Assembly: GCA_045634005.1 (NCBI GenBank)
Contig: JAZQZL010000058.1
Span: forward strand, 9,665-73,664
Source of the DNA: Candidatus Flemingiibacterium sp.
Lineage (GTDB): Bacteria > Bacillota > Clostridia > Oscillospirales > CAG-272
Direction of reading: 5' to 3'
Length of the DNA: 64,000 nucleotides
A program made the position numbers and the translations under genes. Shown here piece by piece: positions 29,402-38,028 of the stretch. The notes beneath the pieces were generated by a model. That model worked only from the letters and a program-made list of their open reading frames with translations. It did not search any database and had not been told where the DNA came from. How positions within the stretch are numbered: the stretch's first letter is position 1; every line of letters starts with the position of its first letter.

Positions 29402-29815
29402 TCAATACGTGCGAAAATATGCCATACAGCCGAACTCCTTGGCGGGATACAGTCCCACCGAGCGGTAGAACGACTCCGTTGCCCCAACGCTATCCGTAAG
29501 CAGCACCTTCTGGTAGCAGTCGGAGTAAAGCTCAAACAGCTTTTGCACCATTCTCGTACCGATGCCGCGGCGCTGATACTCCGGCAAAACGATAATATCC
29601 TGCACGTAAAGTATCGATGCCTTGTCGCCTACCGCGCGGATAACGCCGACCACACGATCCCCGTCGTATGCTGCCAGCGTACAAAGTGAGCCTTCATACG
29701 CCGCCTTTAACATATCGGGGCGCTCGGTGTAGTTGCTCCAGCCGACCGCCTTATAAAGCGGAAGAATGTCGGCTTCGTTATATTTTGTGTATTTTTTCAG
29801 GGTTATTTTTTTCAC
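29402..29815 (-). CDS. GNAT family N-acetyltransferase
   Basis: 137 aa with the motif QRRGIGTRMVQKL. The GTG start (29815) overlaps the upstream TGA as GTGA, and GAGGAA lies 7 nt upstream. Confidence 0.8.
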   Translation of the reverse strand: MKKITLKKYTKYNEADILPLYKAVGWSNYTERPDMLKAAYEGSLCTLAAYDGDRVVGVIRAVGDKASILYVQDIIVLPEYQRRGIGTRMVQKLFELYSDCYQKVLLTDSVGATESFYRSVGLYPAKEFGCMAYFRTY

Positions 29816-30867
29816 TTTCTGATTCCTCTACATTCGTCTAAAATCTCATATACACGCAGTCCGTCAAGTGTAGCAATTCCGATATATTTAGAGCCAAATT
29901 CAACGGTCTTCTCGACTCCGTGTTTTATTCGAATGCGTGCTACAACGTCAAGCGTTTCGATGTCTACAACTATCAGTCCTTTGCTACAGGAAATATAGTA
30001 GACCGATTTGTTGAAAGATTGAACAATCTCACTCACGTCGTTGCATTCGCAGCCCGCCGCGTTTAATATAGCCACGACAGTTTCTTCGTCATCTATGCTA
30101 CACTGGAAATCGGGTTTCGAATCATTCTCAACGCGGCACATCTTCCCGTCAATTTCTTCAAAGCAAACAGATAGTCCAAGGCTTGCAGTTAGCCCTGCGG
30201 CTTCAATAAGAGTTATTCTTTGTGTGCTTTTATCATAGTCGATATACGACGGGGATATATATCGCTCAAATTCCGGCAATGGATACTCCTCGATTGATTC
30301 TCCATCAAATTTTACAATTGTATGATAGTCTTCGCGATTCTCGTCTTGCTTATCTCGGTCAATCCCCAATAGCAGACACTTGTTTATCTCCGGTACGAGT
30401 CGCATACACCTGAAATAGTATTTCCCTTGAATCATATCGACATATGAAAGCCTTTTCTCAAGCACCGCATTGAAGGTATAGCGTCTTACAGCCGACGTTC
30501 CAACCGATGAATTGTAAACCAAAATATATATTGATTTTCCGTCAAATGACCAGCATCCGTCGATTAGGCAGCCGCAAGGATGCGCACCTTCTATTGCATA
30601 TTTTCTAATTTTGTAGGTGTCAAGTGATAAAACATAAAACGTATCATTTGTTGCAAGAATTAGAACCCACTTTTCATCTGGAGATACCAAGGCAGCTACT
30701 GCGTGCGAAAGTGTGCCTATTTTCTTGATTAAACGAAGTGTTGAACGTTCAAGCACGCTAACACTTCCTCTTGTGCAGCATACTACAAAATTTTGTGATA
30801 GAGATATTTGTTCTGCTCGCGTAATAGGTTCCGCTTTTATTTTCGTTAGTTTCATATTATTGTGCAT
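29812..30867 (-). CDS. hypothetical protein, possibly beta-propeller-like
   Basis: ORF 29812..30879 in AT-richer DNA. The start is uncertain: ATG 30867 follows GAGAGG, and ATG 30855 is the alternative. Blade-like segments recur (YVLSLDTYKIRKY, IYILVYN, GLIVVDIETLDVVARI, IGIATLDGLRVYEI). I recognise no family. Confidence 0.6.
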   Translation of the reverse strand: MHNNMKLTKIKAEPITRAEQISLSQNFVVCCTRGSVSVLERSTLRLIKKIGTLSHAVAALVSPDEKWVLILATNDTFYVLSLDTYKIRKYAIEGAHPCGCLIDGCWSFDGKSIYILVYNSSVGTSAVRRYTFNAVLEKRLSYVDMIQGKYYFRCMRLVPEINKCLLLGIDRDKQDENREDYHTIVKFDGESIEEYPLPEFERYISPSYIDYDKSTQRITLIEAAGLTASLGLSVCFEEIDGKMCRVENDSKPDFQCSIDDEETVVAILNAAGCECNDVSEIVQSFNKSVYYISCSKGLIVVDIETLDVVARIRIKHGVEKTVEFGSKYIGIATLDGLRVYEILDECRGIRK

Positions 30868-31756
30868 TATACCTCTCATAATAGAACAAATACTGCTGTG
30901 CTATGCCCGCGTATTTACCGAGTGCGGATATGTCAAGCCCGTCAGGATAGTATTTTGCAAGCACACGCTTTATCCACACGTCGACGGGAAACGCCTCGGT
31001 CTTGTCAAAGCCGAACAGCATCGCGCACGCCGCCACCTTCGGGCCGACACCCTTGACGGCACAGAGCAGTTTCTCTGCTTCTGTCGGTTCTGCGGCGCTT
31101 ATCGCCGAATAGTCAAGCTCTCCACTTACCGCACGGCACGCAGCATCGTATATGTACTTTGCACGGAACCCCGTTTTCAGTGCGAATATGGCATCCTCGC
31201 CCGCATCAGCAAGCGCCTTCGCTGTCGGGAATGAATAATGCACCTCGCCGCCGTATTCGATTGGCTCGCCCCACTCGCGGCTCATCGCGGAAATAATCTT
31301 CTTAATTCGCGGAATATTGTTGTTCTGCGACACAATAAACGAGCAGACCGCCTCCCACGGCTCCTGACGAAGTATCCTTATACCGTCGCCGTATTCCATA
31401 GCCTTCGGCATCACCGTATCACGTCCGCCCGTCGCCGCGGCAAACCGCTCGGCAATATCGCGGCGCACGTCGGAATAGTCCACGTCAAGCGCAAGATAAT
31501 GCCGCCAGATCTGCTCAAACTCGTCGGCGGTGGTATTGTGGACGGTGATAGAATCGGGCGTATCCTGCCCTATTCTAATGTATCTTCCGTATGCAACGCC
31601 CGCAATCTCCGTCGCGTGGCTCGGCGCGGCGACGGGATCGAAGCGAAAACACTGACCGCAGTCGAATATCTGTGATATTTTGAAATTTTCCAGCCCGTCG
31701 ACGCGCACAGCGTTACCGTCAGGCGTTGACAGATCGGTTACTACTATATTTTTCAC
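30857..31756 (-). CDS. ogg: 8-oxoguanine DNA glycosylase / HhH-GPD family DNA glycosylase (Ogg-like)
   Basis: GTG start. It has an OGG_N-like N-terminus (FDCGQCFRF) and an HhH-GPD motif (VKGVGPKVAACAMLFGF...FPVDVWIKR). Confidence 0.8.
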   Translation of the reverse strand: MKNIVVTDLSTPDGNAVRVDGLENFKISQIFDCGQCFRFDPVAAPSHATEIAGVAYGRYIRIGQDTPDSITVHNTTADEFEQIWRHYLALDVDYSDVRRDIAERFAAATGGRDTVMPKAMEYGDGIRILRQEPWEAVCSFIVSQNNNIPRIKKIISAMSREWGEPIEYGGEVHYSFPTAKALADAGEDAIFALKTGFRAKYIYDAACRAVSGELDYSAISAAEPTEAEKLLCAVKGVGPKVAACAMLFGFDKTEAFPVDVWIKRVLAKYYPDGLDISALGKYAGIAQQYLFYYERYNAQ

Positions 31757-31786
31757 AACTTACCCCATATGTTAACAAATTAGTCC

Positions 31787-31815
31787 TTGCTTTATTTTTA
31801 TTATAAAGGTATAAT
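31787..31815 (+). promoter_or_regulatory. candidate rightward promoter reading through repeat copy C into 32191..32919
   Basis: TTGCTT (31787-31792), 17 nt spacer, TATAAT (31810-31815). Confidence 0.5.
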
Positions 31816-31828
31816 GTAAATAAATCAA
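31800..31828 (-). promoter_or_regulatory. candidate leftward promoter of the ogg operon (overlaps the divergent promoter)
   Basis: On the minus strand: TTGATT (31828-31823), 17 nt spacer, TATAAT (31805-31800). Confidence 0.55.
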
Positions 31829-31860
31829 GTGTGTTCGGAGAAATTTTCGTACAAACACCG

Positions 31861-32170
31861 CACGCATCGGCGCGAGCGAAGCAAGCGCCCCTACCATGCG
31901 CTAACCTTGCGCGCAGCGAAGCGTCCGCGCTCGGATAACCACTCCTGACGGGACATCACCATCGCTCTGTACCGCTAAACAGTTGTTGGGGTGCCGACAC
32001 GGGTGTCGGCGAGGTCCCCAACTGCCCGAAGCGCGGTGCACGAAAATCGGAGCGCAAATGTTCCGACCGAGAGCGCTAAATTTAGCTTTTGCATTCGCTG
32101 ACAAAATGTGATGGCGAAGCCAATATGAAGTTTTTGCGGAGCTTTTTTCAAAAAGCGACCGTTTCCCCTA
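31861..32170. repeat. structured interspersed repeat, copy C (inverted on the chromosome relative to A and B)
   Basis: The reverse complement aligns with A and B. Shared elements are the hairpin GCTTTTT(T)CAAAAAGC (32141-32156), the GGCGAAGCCAAT box, and the palindrome GTTGGGG..GCCGACAC-GG-GTGTCGGC..CCCCAAC (31985-32022). Extra GC-rich hairpins with AGCGAAGC loops lie at 31869-31889 and 31909-31930. Confidence 0.75.
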
Positions 32171-32190
32171 CTAACGACAAGGAGAACACC

Positions 32191-32919
32191 ATGGAAAAGA
32201 TCTACACAATTCCCGTCAATGAAGCGTTTGATGCCTCTCGTGACGACCACGCGTGCGGATGCCCGTTCTGTACGCTTTACAATATGCTCGAGAACAATGA
32301 GCTTGAGCTTATCCTGGGCGCATCGATGATGGAGCCCGACGTGCGTATTAAAACAAATAAGCAGGGATTCTGTAAAACGCACTACGATATGATGTTCACA
32401 CGCAAGAACCGTCTTGGTATGGCGCTTATGCTCGAGAGCCACTTAAACGAGCTTCGCGATGACACTAACGGCAAGGGGCTTTCCGCGCTGAAGGGAATCG
32501 GCGTCGAGCCGATGAAGCGCCTTGCGGAGCTTGAAGACACCTGCTACGTTTGTAAACGCATCGAGTTTTCACTTTCGAAGATGTTCGAAACCGCCGTGCT
32601 TTTGTGGGAGCAGGACTCCGAATTCCGCAAGAAGCTCAAGGAGCAGCCCTATATCTGCCTGCCGCACTACCGTATGTTCGTTGAATACGCACGCCGCGGA
32701 CTTCCCAAGAAGCTGTTCGGCGACTTTTACAAGGACGTATCCACCGTCGTCAACACATACTTCGACGAGCTTCGCGAGGACGTCAGTTGGTTCTGCAAGA
32801 AGTTTGACTACCGTTACGACAGCGAGCCGTGGGGCAACGCAAAGGATGCCGTCGAGCGTGCGATCAAGTTTACCTCGTGTGACATACATAAGGGCGAAAA
32901 TCCGCTTGCAAAAAAATAA
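32191..32919 (+). CDS. conserved Cys/His-rich hypothetical protein (I recall it as DUF6062-like; unverified)
   Basis: ORF 32089..32919. Start at MEKIYTIPVNEAF (ATG 32191), after AAGGAG. An internally duplicated motif is present: CxxC-x33-CxxH (C24/C27..C61/H64) and CxxC-x34-CxxH (C118/C121..C156/H159). Confidence 0.7.
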   Translation: MEKIYTIPVNEAFDASRDDHACGCPFCTLYNMLENNELELILGASMMEPDVRIKTNKQGFCKTHYDMMFTRKNRLGMALMLESHLNELRDDTNGKGLSALKGIGVEPMKRLAELEDTCYVCKRIEFSLSKMFETAVLLWEQDSEFRKKLKEQPYICLPHYRMFVEYARRGLPKKLFGDFYKDVSTVVNTYFDELREDVSWFCKKFDYRYDSEPWGNAKDAVERAIKFTSCDIHKGENPLAKK

Positions 32920-32935
32920 TTCCGCATAACTACGT

Positions 32936-32965
32936 AAAAAGCCGTCCGAAGACGGCTTTTTTGCT
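32936..32965 (+). terminator. intrinsic terminator
   Basis: AAAAAGCCGTC-CGAA-GACGGCTTTTTT. Confidence 0.8.
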
Positions 32966-33122
32966 TACTTTTTGCCATATACCCATTTTTGTCGCTCGCA
33001 AAATGACCAAATTCGCTTTGCTTCGCTTTAATTTTTTAAACCACAAACACGCCAAAAATGTATTTATTTGTCAATATACTCTTGCGCCGATGTGCACTAT
33101 TTACAAAAATACACCTTTTATA

Positions 33123-33151
33123 TTGATTTTTCCTCTAAAATAGTATATAAT
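33123..33151 (+). promoter_or_regulatory. candidate promoter of the M23 peptidase gene
   Basis: TTGATT (33123-33128), 17 nt spacer, TATAAT (33146-33151). Confidence 0.55.
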
Positions 33152-33260
33152 AATAGAAGTGTGTATAAAAAACACTGTCACTGTAAAGTAAAAGTCTTTT
33201 CCCCAAATAAAAGCTGACATCACCGTTTTACCCCCTCGGCAAATAAATAAGGAGATACTT

Positions 33261-34640
33261 ATGTCACGAAAACAGTTTGACGGCAAGATGATAAAAAAGA
33301 TACTGAATTTTGCTGTTCCGACGGCAGTTTTTGCCGCCGCGGCACTGTACATAATAAACTTTGCTTCATACGATGTAGCGCTAAAAGCGAGTATCGGCGG
33401 TGTTTGTTGCGGATACGTCGAATCGTACACCGATCTCACCGAGGCAAGATCAAATGTGCAGACCGAGGTTTATAACGTAACCGACGGACGATACGTAGCA
33501 GATATAGATATTGCATACGAGCTCGTTAACGTCCGCAATCCCGAATATCTTTCAAAAGAGGACTGCCTCGCACTTATGTGGAACGAGGTTGAAGACGATT
33601 TCACAGAAGCTTATATGCTCTACGTCGATGACCGTCAGGCAGCGGCTTACGCTAGCCGCGAGGAGCTTGATGCTCTCATCGCCTCTATCGAGTCCGATCT
33701 GCTTGCTTCTGTTGGAGAATCCTTCAGCGCGGTCAAGATAAACAACCGCGTTCGTATTGAAAAGCAGCTTTGCCTTAACTCGATGTTTATGTCTATCGAT
33801 AAGATCAACGAGCTGCTCAACCCTCTCGCAGCGGAAGAACTCGCCGCAGCCCAGGAAAATGCAAACAAGGCAGACACGCTTCTGACTATCGGCTCATTGA
33901 AAGCATTTGCTCCGAGCAGTGAGGGCGCCGAAGCTGAACAGCCCGCTGAAGACCTCACGCTTGAGTACAATTTCGTAAACACCGTAACCCTCGAGGAAGA
34001 CGTTCCGTACGGCACGCAGTATGTCGAGGACTATGACAATTACGTAGGCTACGAAAGAGTCGTCAGCAGAGGTGTCAACGGTAAGCGCACCGTTAACTAC
34101 GAAATACTCTATGACACAGAAGGCAATATAATCGGCAGAAACGAGCTTTCACACACGATCACCACTCCCGCCAAGGACAAGGTGGTTCGTATCGGTGTAA
34201 AGGAAGCGCCCCAAGCCATTCCCACAGGAACGTTTATATGGCCTTGTGAGTCGCCCTACGGCATCTCCTCTCCGTTCGGCTGGAGAGTTATATACGGCAA
34301 GAAGGAGTTCCACCTCGGAATAGACCTTCCCAACGCCGTTGGCACGCCGATATACGCCGCTGACGGAGGCAAGGTAGTTTTCGCAAGCTACTCTCCGTCC
34401 TATGGATACAACGTACGCATTGAGCACGCAGACGGATATTCCACCGTTTACGCGCATCTTTCAAAGATAACCGCATACGTCGGTCAGAAGGTATATCAGG
34501 GTCAGGAGATAGGAAAAATGGGAAGCACCGGTCTTTCCTACGGCAGCCACCTGCATTTCGAAATCAGAATAAACGGCGAGGCGCAGAATCCCGAGTTATT
34601 CTTACCCACGATCAAGCCCGAAATGACGCTCGACAAATAA
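33261..34640 (+). CDS. membrane-anchored M23 family metallopeptidase with G5 domain
   Basis: N-terminal TM helix. A G5-like segment follows (YGTQYVEDYDNYVGYERVVSRGVNGKRTVNYEILYD), then a C-terminal M23 core (HLGIDL...GYNVRIEHADGYSTVYAHL...GSTGLSYGSHLHFEI). Confidence 0.85.
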   Translation: MSRKQFDGKMIKKILNFAVPTAVFAAAALYIINFASYDVALKASIGGVCCGYVESYTDLTEARSNVQTEVYNVTDGRYVADIDIAYELVNVRNPEYLSKEDCLALMWNEVEDDFTEAYMLYVDDRQAAAYASREELDALIASIESDLLASVGESFSAVKINNRVRIEKQLCLNSMFMSIDKINELLNPLAAEELAAAQENANKADTLLTIGSLKAFAPSSEGAEAEQPAEDLTLEYNFVNTVTLEEDVPYGTQYVEDYDNYVGYERVVSRGVNGKRTVNYEILYDTEGNIIGRNELSHTITTPAKDKVVRIGVKEAPQAIPTGTFIWPCESPYGISSPFGWRVIYGKKEFHLGIDLPNAVGTPIYAADGGKVVFASYSPSYGYNVRIEHADGYSTVYAHLSKITAYVGQKVYQGQEIGKMGSTGLSYGSHLHFEIRINGEAQNPELFLPTIKPEMTLDK

Positions 34641-34644
34641 ATTT

Positions 34645-34675
34645 AAAGGACGGGATAATTCCCGTCCTTTTGTTC
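34645..34675. terminator. bidirectional intrinsic terminator (M23 gene / spoVG)
   Basis: AAGGACGGG-ATAATT-CCCGTCCTT followed by TTGTT, with an A-rich 5' flank. Confidence 0.75.
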
Positions 34676-34687
34676 TGTACTGTAAGA

Positions 34688-34990
34688 TTATAAAATCTCT
34701 GCCGCCTCGACCTCGGATGCCCCCTGTGCGATAAGCTCGAGCTCGCGGTTGTACGCCTCGATAACGCACTCTTCAAGCTCTGATCTGAACTGCGCATTGA
34801 TCGGGTGAACTATATCGCGGTAAGTACCGTCAGGATTCTTTCTGCTGGGCATTACGATGAAATATTTTTCTCGAGCGTTAATGACCTTAATGTCGTGCAC
34901 CGCCAACTGACCGTCAAACGTTACGGAAACAATAGCCTTCATAGGGCCGTCGTCGAAAAGCTTTCTTACCTTGATATCTGTGATTACCAT
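34688..34990 (-). CDS. spoVG: septation protein SpoVG
   Basis: ORF 34688..35104. Start at MVITDIKVRK (ATG 34990), after GGAGGA. The sequence is typical SpoVG (MKAIVSVTFDGQLAVHDIKVI...FIVMPSRK). Confidence 0.9.
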   Translation of the reverse strand: MVITDIKVRKLFDDGPMKAIVSVTFDGQLAVHDIKVINAREKYFIVMPSRKNPDGTYRDIVHPINAQFRSELEECVIEAYNRELELIAQGASEVEAAEIL

Positions 34991-35288
34991 TTTTGATCCT
35001 CCGTTTTGCCCGAGCAGGACGAAACTCAAAAAGATAAAGGTCGGGCGGTTTCTGATGTTAAAATATAGTGGGGTTCTGTACCCTGCTACTATTATACAAG
35101 ACAATTATGAAAATTATGCAATCATTTTTTGAAATTTATGAGGCTACTTCGAAAGTTTTTTATTAAATAGTTTGGTACGTTTTGTGAATTGCTAAAAATA
35201 AAGCAGCCGTTTTTTAACAAAAGACTTTTATTTTTATGCCGTGTATGATATAATGATATTGTTATAAAATTGATTACGGGAGATTTTT

Positions 35289-36698
35289 ATGTATACAAGC
35301 TACAGCATATCACAGCTTGAAAAAATATTTTCCACGTCGAGATCCGTATATTTCATCGGAATCGGCGGCATCAGTATGTCCTCTCTTGCGCATATCGCGC
35401 TCTCGGGCGGACTTACCGTAGGCGGATACGACCGCACACCGAGCCGCCTTACAGCCACGCTTGAAGCGGACGGCGCGACGATACACTATGAGCTTGATCC
35501 CGCGCACGTCGACTCGTACGACGTAATCGTCTACACGGCGGCTATCGCACGCGACAATCCGGAGCTTGTCCGCGCGCTCGAATACGATGCAACAGGCGAA
35601 AAATACTGCGTCTACCGTGCGGATTTTCTCGGCTATCTTATGAGCTCGCACAAAAACCGCATCGGCGTTTCGGGTATGCACGGCAAATCCACCGCAACCT
35701 CGATGGTTGCGCATATATTCCTTGCGGCAGACACCGATCCGACGGTAGTATCGGGCGCTGAGCTTTCCGCGATGGGCGGCGCGTACCGCATCGGCTCGAA
35801 GGAAAACTTTATAATGGAAGCCTGCGAGTATCAGGACAGCTTCCACTCGTTCACGCCGAATATCGCGGTGGTTTTAAACATCGACATGGACCATCCCGAC
35901 TATTTTAAGGACCTCGATCAGATAATCACGTCGTTCAGCCGCTATCTCGACATCGCAAAGGACGGCTATGCTGTTCTGAACGCCGACTGCGAAAACGTAA
36001 AGCGCGCGGCAAAGGACTACACAGGCAAAACAGTCACGTTCGGAATGGAAAAGCCCGCCGATTTCACCGCTGACAACATCACCTTCGATCACGGCAAGGC
36101 TGAATTTGATATTATAAAGCGCGGCGAGCACTTCGCGCACGTTAAGCTCGGAGTAACGGGCCGCCACAATATAATGAACGCGCTCGCGGCATCTGCCGCC
36201 GCAGATATATGCGGTGTGTCGCCTAATGCGATAGCTAACGGTCTTGGCAGCTATACGGGTGCAAAGCGCCGTATGGAGCTTCGCGGAAGCGTCAGCGGCA
36301 CAAGCGTACCGCTTTACGACGACTACGCGCATCATCCTACCGAGGTAAGAGCCACCCTCTCGGGCGCGCTTGACTGCGGCTATGACCGCGTTGTAGTTGT
36401 GTACCAGCCGCACACCTATTCGCGCACATATGAGCTGTTTGACGAGTTCGTCGACGCTTTCAACGGCGCAACCGAGCGCAGCGCACACATCGTGTTCGCT
36501 GATATCTACGCGGCGCGCGAGAAAAACATTTACGGCATCAGCTCGGAAATGCTCGCCGATCAAGTCGGCGGCTCGGTATATCTGCCCTCGTTTGAAGCGA
36601 TTGCCGAATATCTTCGCCGAGAGCTTCGCGAAAACGATATGCTCATCGTAATGGGCGCAGGCGACATTATAAATCTCGACAAGCTGCTTTTGGGGTAA
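35289..36698 (+). CDS. murC: UDP-N-acetylmuramate--L-alanine ligase
   Basis: Mur ligase motifs (FIGIGGISMSSLA, GVSGMHGKSTAT) and a full-length 469 aa. Confidence 0.95.
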   Translation: MYTSYSISQLEKIFSTSRSVYFIGIGGISMSSLAHIALSGGLTVGGYDRTPSRLTATLEADGATIHYELDPAHVDSYDVIVYTAAIARDNPELVRALEYDATGEKYCVYRADFLGYLMSSHKNRIGVSGMHGKSTATSMVAHIFLAADTDPTVVSGAELSAMGGAYRIGSKENFIMEACEYQDSFHSFTPNIAVVLNIDMDHPDYFKDLDQIITSFSRYLDIAKDGYAVLNADCENVKRAAKDYTGKTVTFGMEKPADFTADNITFDHGKAEFDIIKRGEHFAHVKLGVTGRHNIMNALAASAAADICGVSPNAIANGLGSYTGAKRRMELRGSVSGTSVPLYDDYAHHPTEVRATLSGALDCGYDRVVVVYQPHTYSRTYELFDEFVDAFNGATERSAHIVFADIYAAREKNIYGISSEMLADQVGGSVYLPSFEAIAEYLRRELRENDMLIVMGAGDIINLDKLLLG

Positions 36699-36704
36699 GG
36701 CAAA

Positions 36705-37391
36705 ATGAAGAAAATAAGCAATCCCTTTCGCGATCTAACACGATTTGAGCTCACACTCTGGCTCGTTTCTGCGTGCGTCGTAGCAGCATCGGGAATTTTG
36801 TCGGGCCCCGAAAGCCTTCTTTCCACCGTGGCGTCGCTTATCGGCGTGACGGCACTTATCTTCGTTGCAAAAGGCTACGTTATAGGGCAGGTATTCGTAC
36901 TCATATTTTCCACGCTCTACGGCATAAATTCGCTGTACTTCACCTATTACGGCGAGATGATAACCTATCTTTGTATGAGCGCTCCTGCCGCGGCGGCAAC
37001 GATAATCGCGTGGCTCCGCCACCCGTACAAGGACACCAAAGAGGTCAAGGTAAACCGCATCACCAAAAAAATTCTGCTGCTTATGATTGGGGCAACTGCC
37101 GTCGTGACCGTCCTGTTCTACTTTATCCTCGGTGCGCTCGGCAACGCGAACCTCATCGTTTCGACTCTCTCGGTCGCAACGAGCTTTTTCGCTTCGCTTC
37201 TGACGTTCTGGCGCAGCCCGTACTACGCGCTCGCGTACGCCTCGAACGACCTCGTTCTGATTGTTCTGTGGACGCTCGCCGCGCTCACGGATATAGCGTA
37301 CCTGCCGATGGTATTCTGCTTTATAATGTTCCTTGTGAACGACCTCTACGGCTTCTACTCATGGAAGCGCATGGAAAAAAGACAAAAATAA
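36705..37391 (+). CDS. pnuC: putative nicotinamide riboside/mononucleotide transporter (PnuC family)
   Basis: Polytopic membrane protein of 228 aa. PnuC-like segments are present (YALAYASNDLVLIVLW, NDLYGFYSWKR). The assignment is from memory of the family pattern. Confidence 0.6.
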   Translation: MKKISNPFRDLTRFELTLWLVSACVVAASGILSGPESLLSTVASLIGVTALIFVAKGYVIGQVFVLIFSTLYGINSLYFTYYGEMITYLCMSAPAAAATIIAWLRHPYKDTKEVKVNRITKKILLLMIGATAVVTVLFYFILGALGNANLIVSTLSVATSFFASLLTFWRSPYYALAYASNDLVLIVLWTLAALTDIAYLPMVFCFIMFLVNDLYGFYSWKRMEKRQK

Positions 37392-37416
37392 AAAGAGCCT
37401 TTAAGGCTCTTTTTTA
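37386..37416. terminator. bidirectional terminator between pnuC and ppa
   Basis: Stem AGAGCCT / AGGCTCT (37394-37400 with 37404-37410), flanked by an A-run and a T-run. It overlaps both stop codons. Confidence 0.7.
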
Positions 37417-37947
37417 TTTACAGAAATTCTCGATATAGCTGTCGATTGCCGTTGCGATTATCTCTACTGCGGCATCGCGGTCAGCAACCTCATCAACTGC
37501 CGTGTCCTTGTTTTCAAGGTTCTTGTAGACGGTGAAGAAGTGACGCATTTCATCAAAAATGTGCTTGGGAAGCTGATCGATATTCTTGTAGTGGTTGTAG
37601 GTGGGATCGCCGAACGGGATCGCGATTATCTTTTCGTCGTGACGTCCGCCGTCCATCATCGAGATAACACCGATGGGGTACGCGCGAACGAGCGTCAGAG
37701 GCTCAAGTGCCTCCGAGCAGAGAAGCAAAACGTCGAGCGGGTCGCGGTCGTCGCCGTACGTGCGCGGTATAAAACCATAGTTCGCGGGATAGTGCGTCGA
37801 CGTGTAAAGGATACGGTCAAGCATTATAAAGCCCGTTTCCTTATCAAGCTCATATTTCTTCTTACTGCCCTTTGAGATCTCCACGACGCATACAAAATCC
37901 TCGGGAGTGATGCGCTTGGGGGATATATCGTGCCAGATGTTTGACAT
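37414..37947 (-). CDS. ppa: inorganic diphosphatase (family I)
   Basis: ORF 37414..37989. Start at MSNIWHDI (ATG 37947), after GAGGAGA. Family motifs are present (EISKGSKKKYELD, YPANYGFIP, DGDPLDVL-like DDRDPLDVLLL). Confidence 0.9.
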   Translation of the reverse strand: MSNIWHDISPKRITPEDFVCVVEISKGSKKKYELDKETGFIMLDRILYTSTHYPANYGFIPRTYGDDRDPLDVLLLCSEALEPLTLVRAYPIGVISMMDGGRHDEKIIAIPFGDPTYNHYKNIDQLPKHIFDEMRHFFTVYKNLENKDTAVDEVADRDAAVEIIATAIDSYIENFCK

Positions 37948-38028
37948 AGTTTTTCTCCTCAAATATTTACACTTATCTTTAGTATACAACTCGCCGCGTT
38001 GATATATTCAAGCGCGGCGAGCTTTTAT

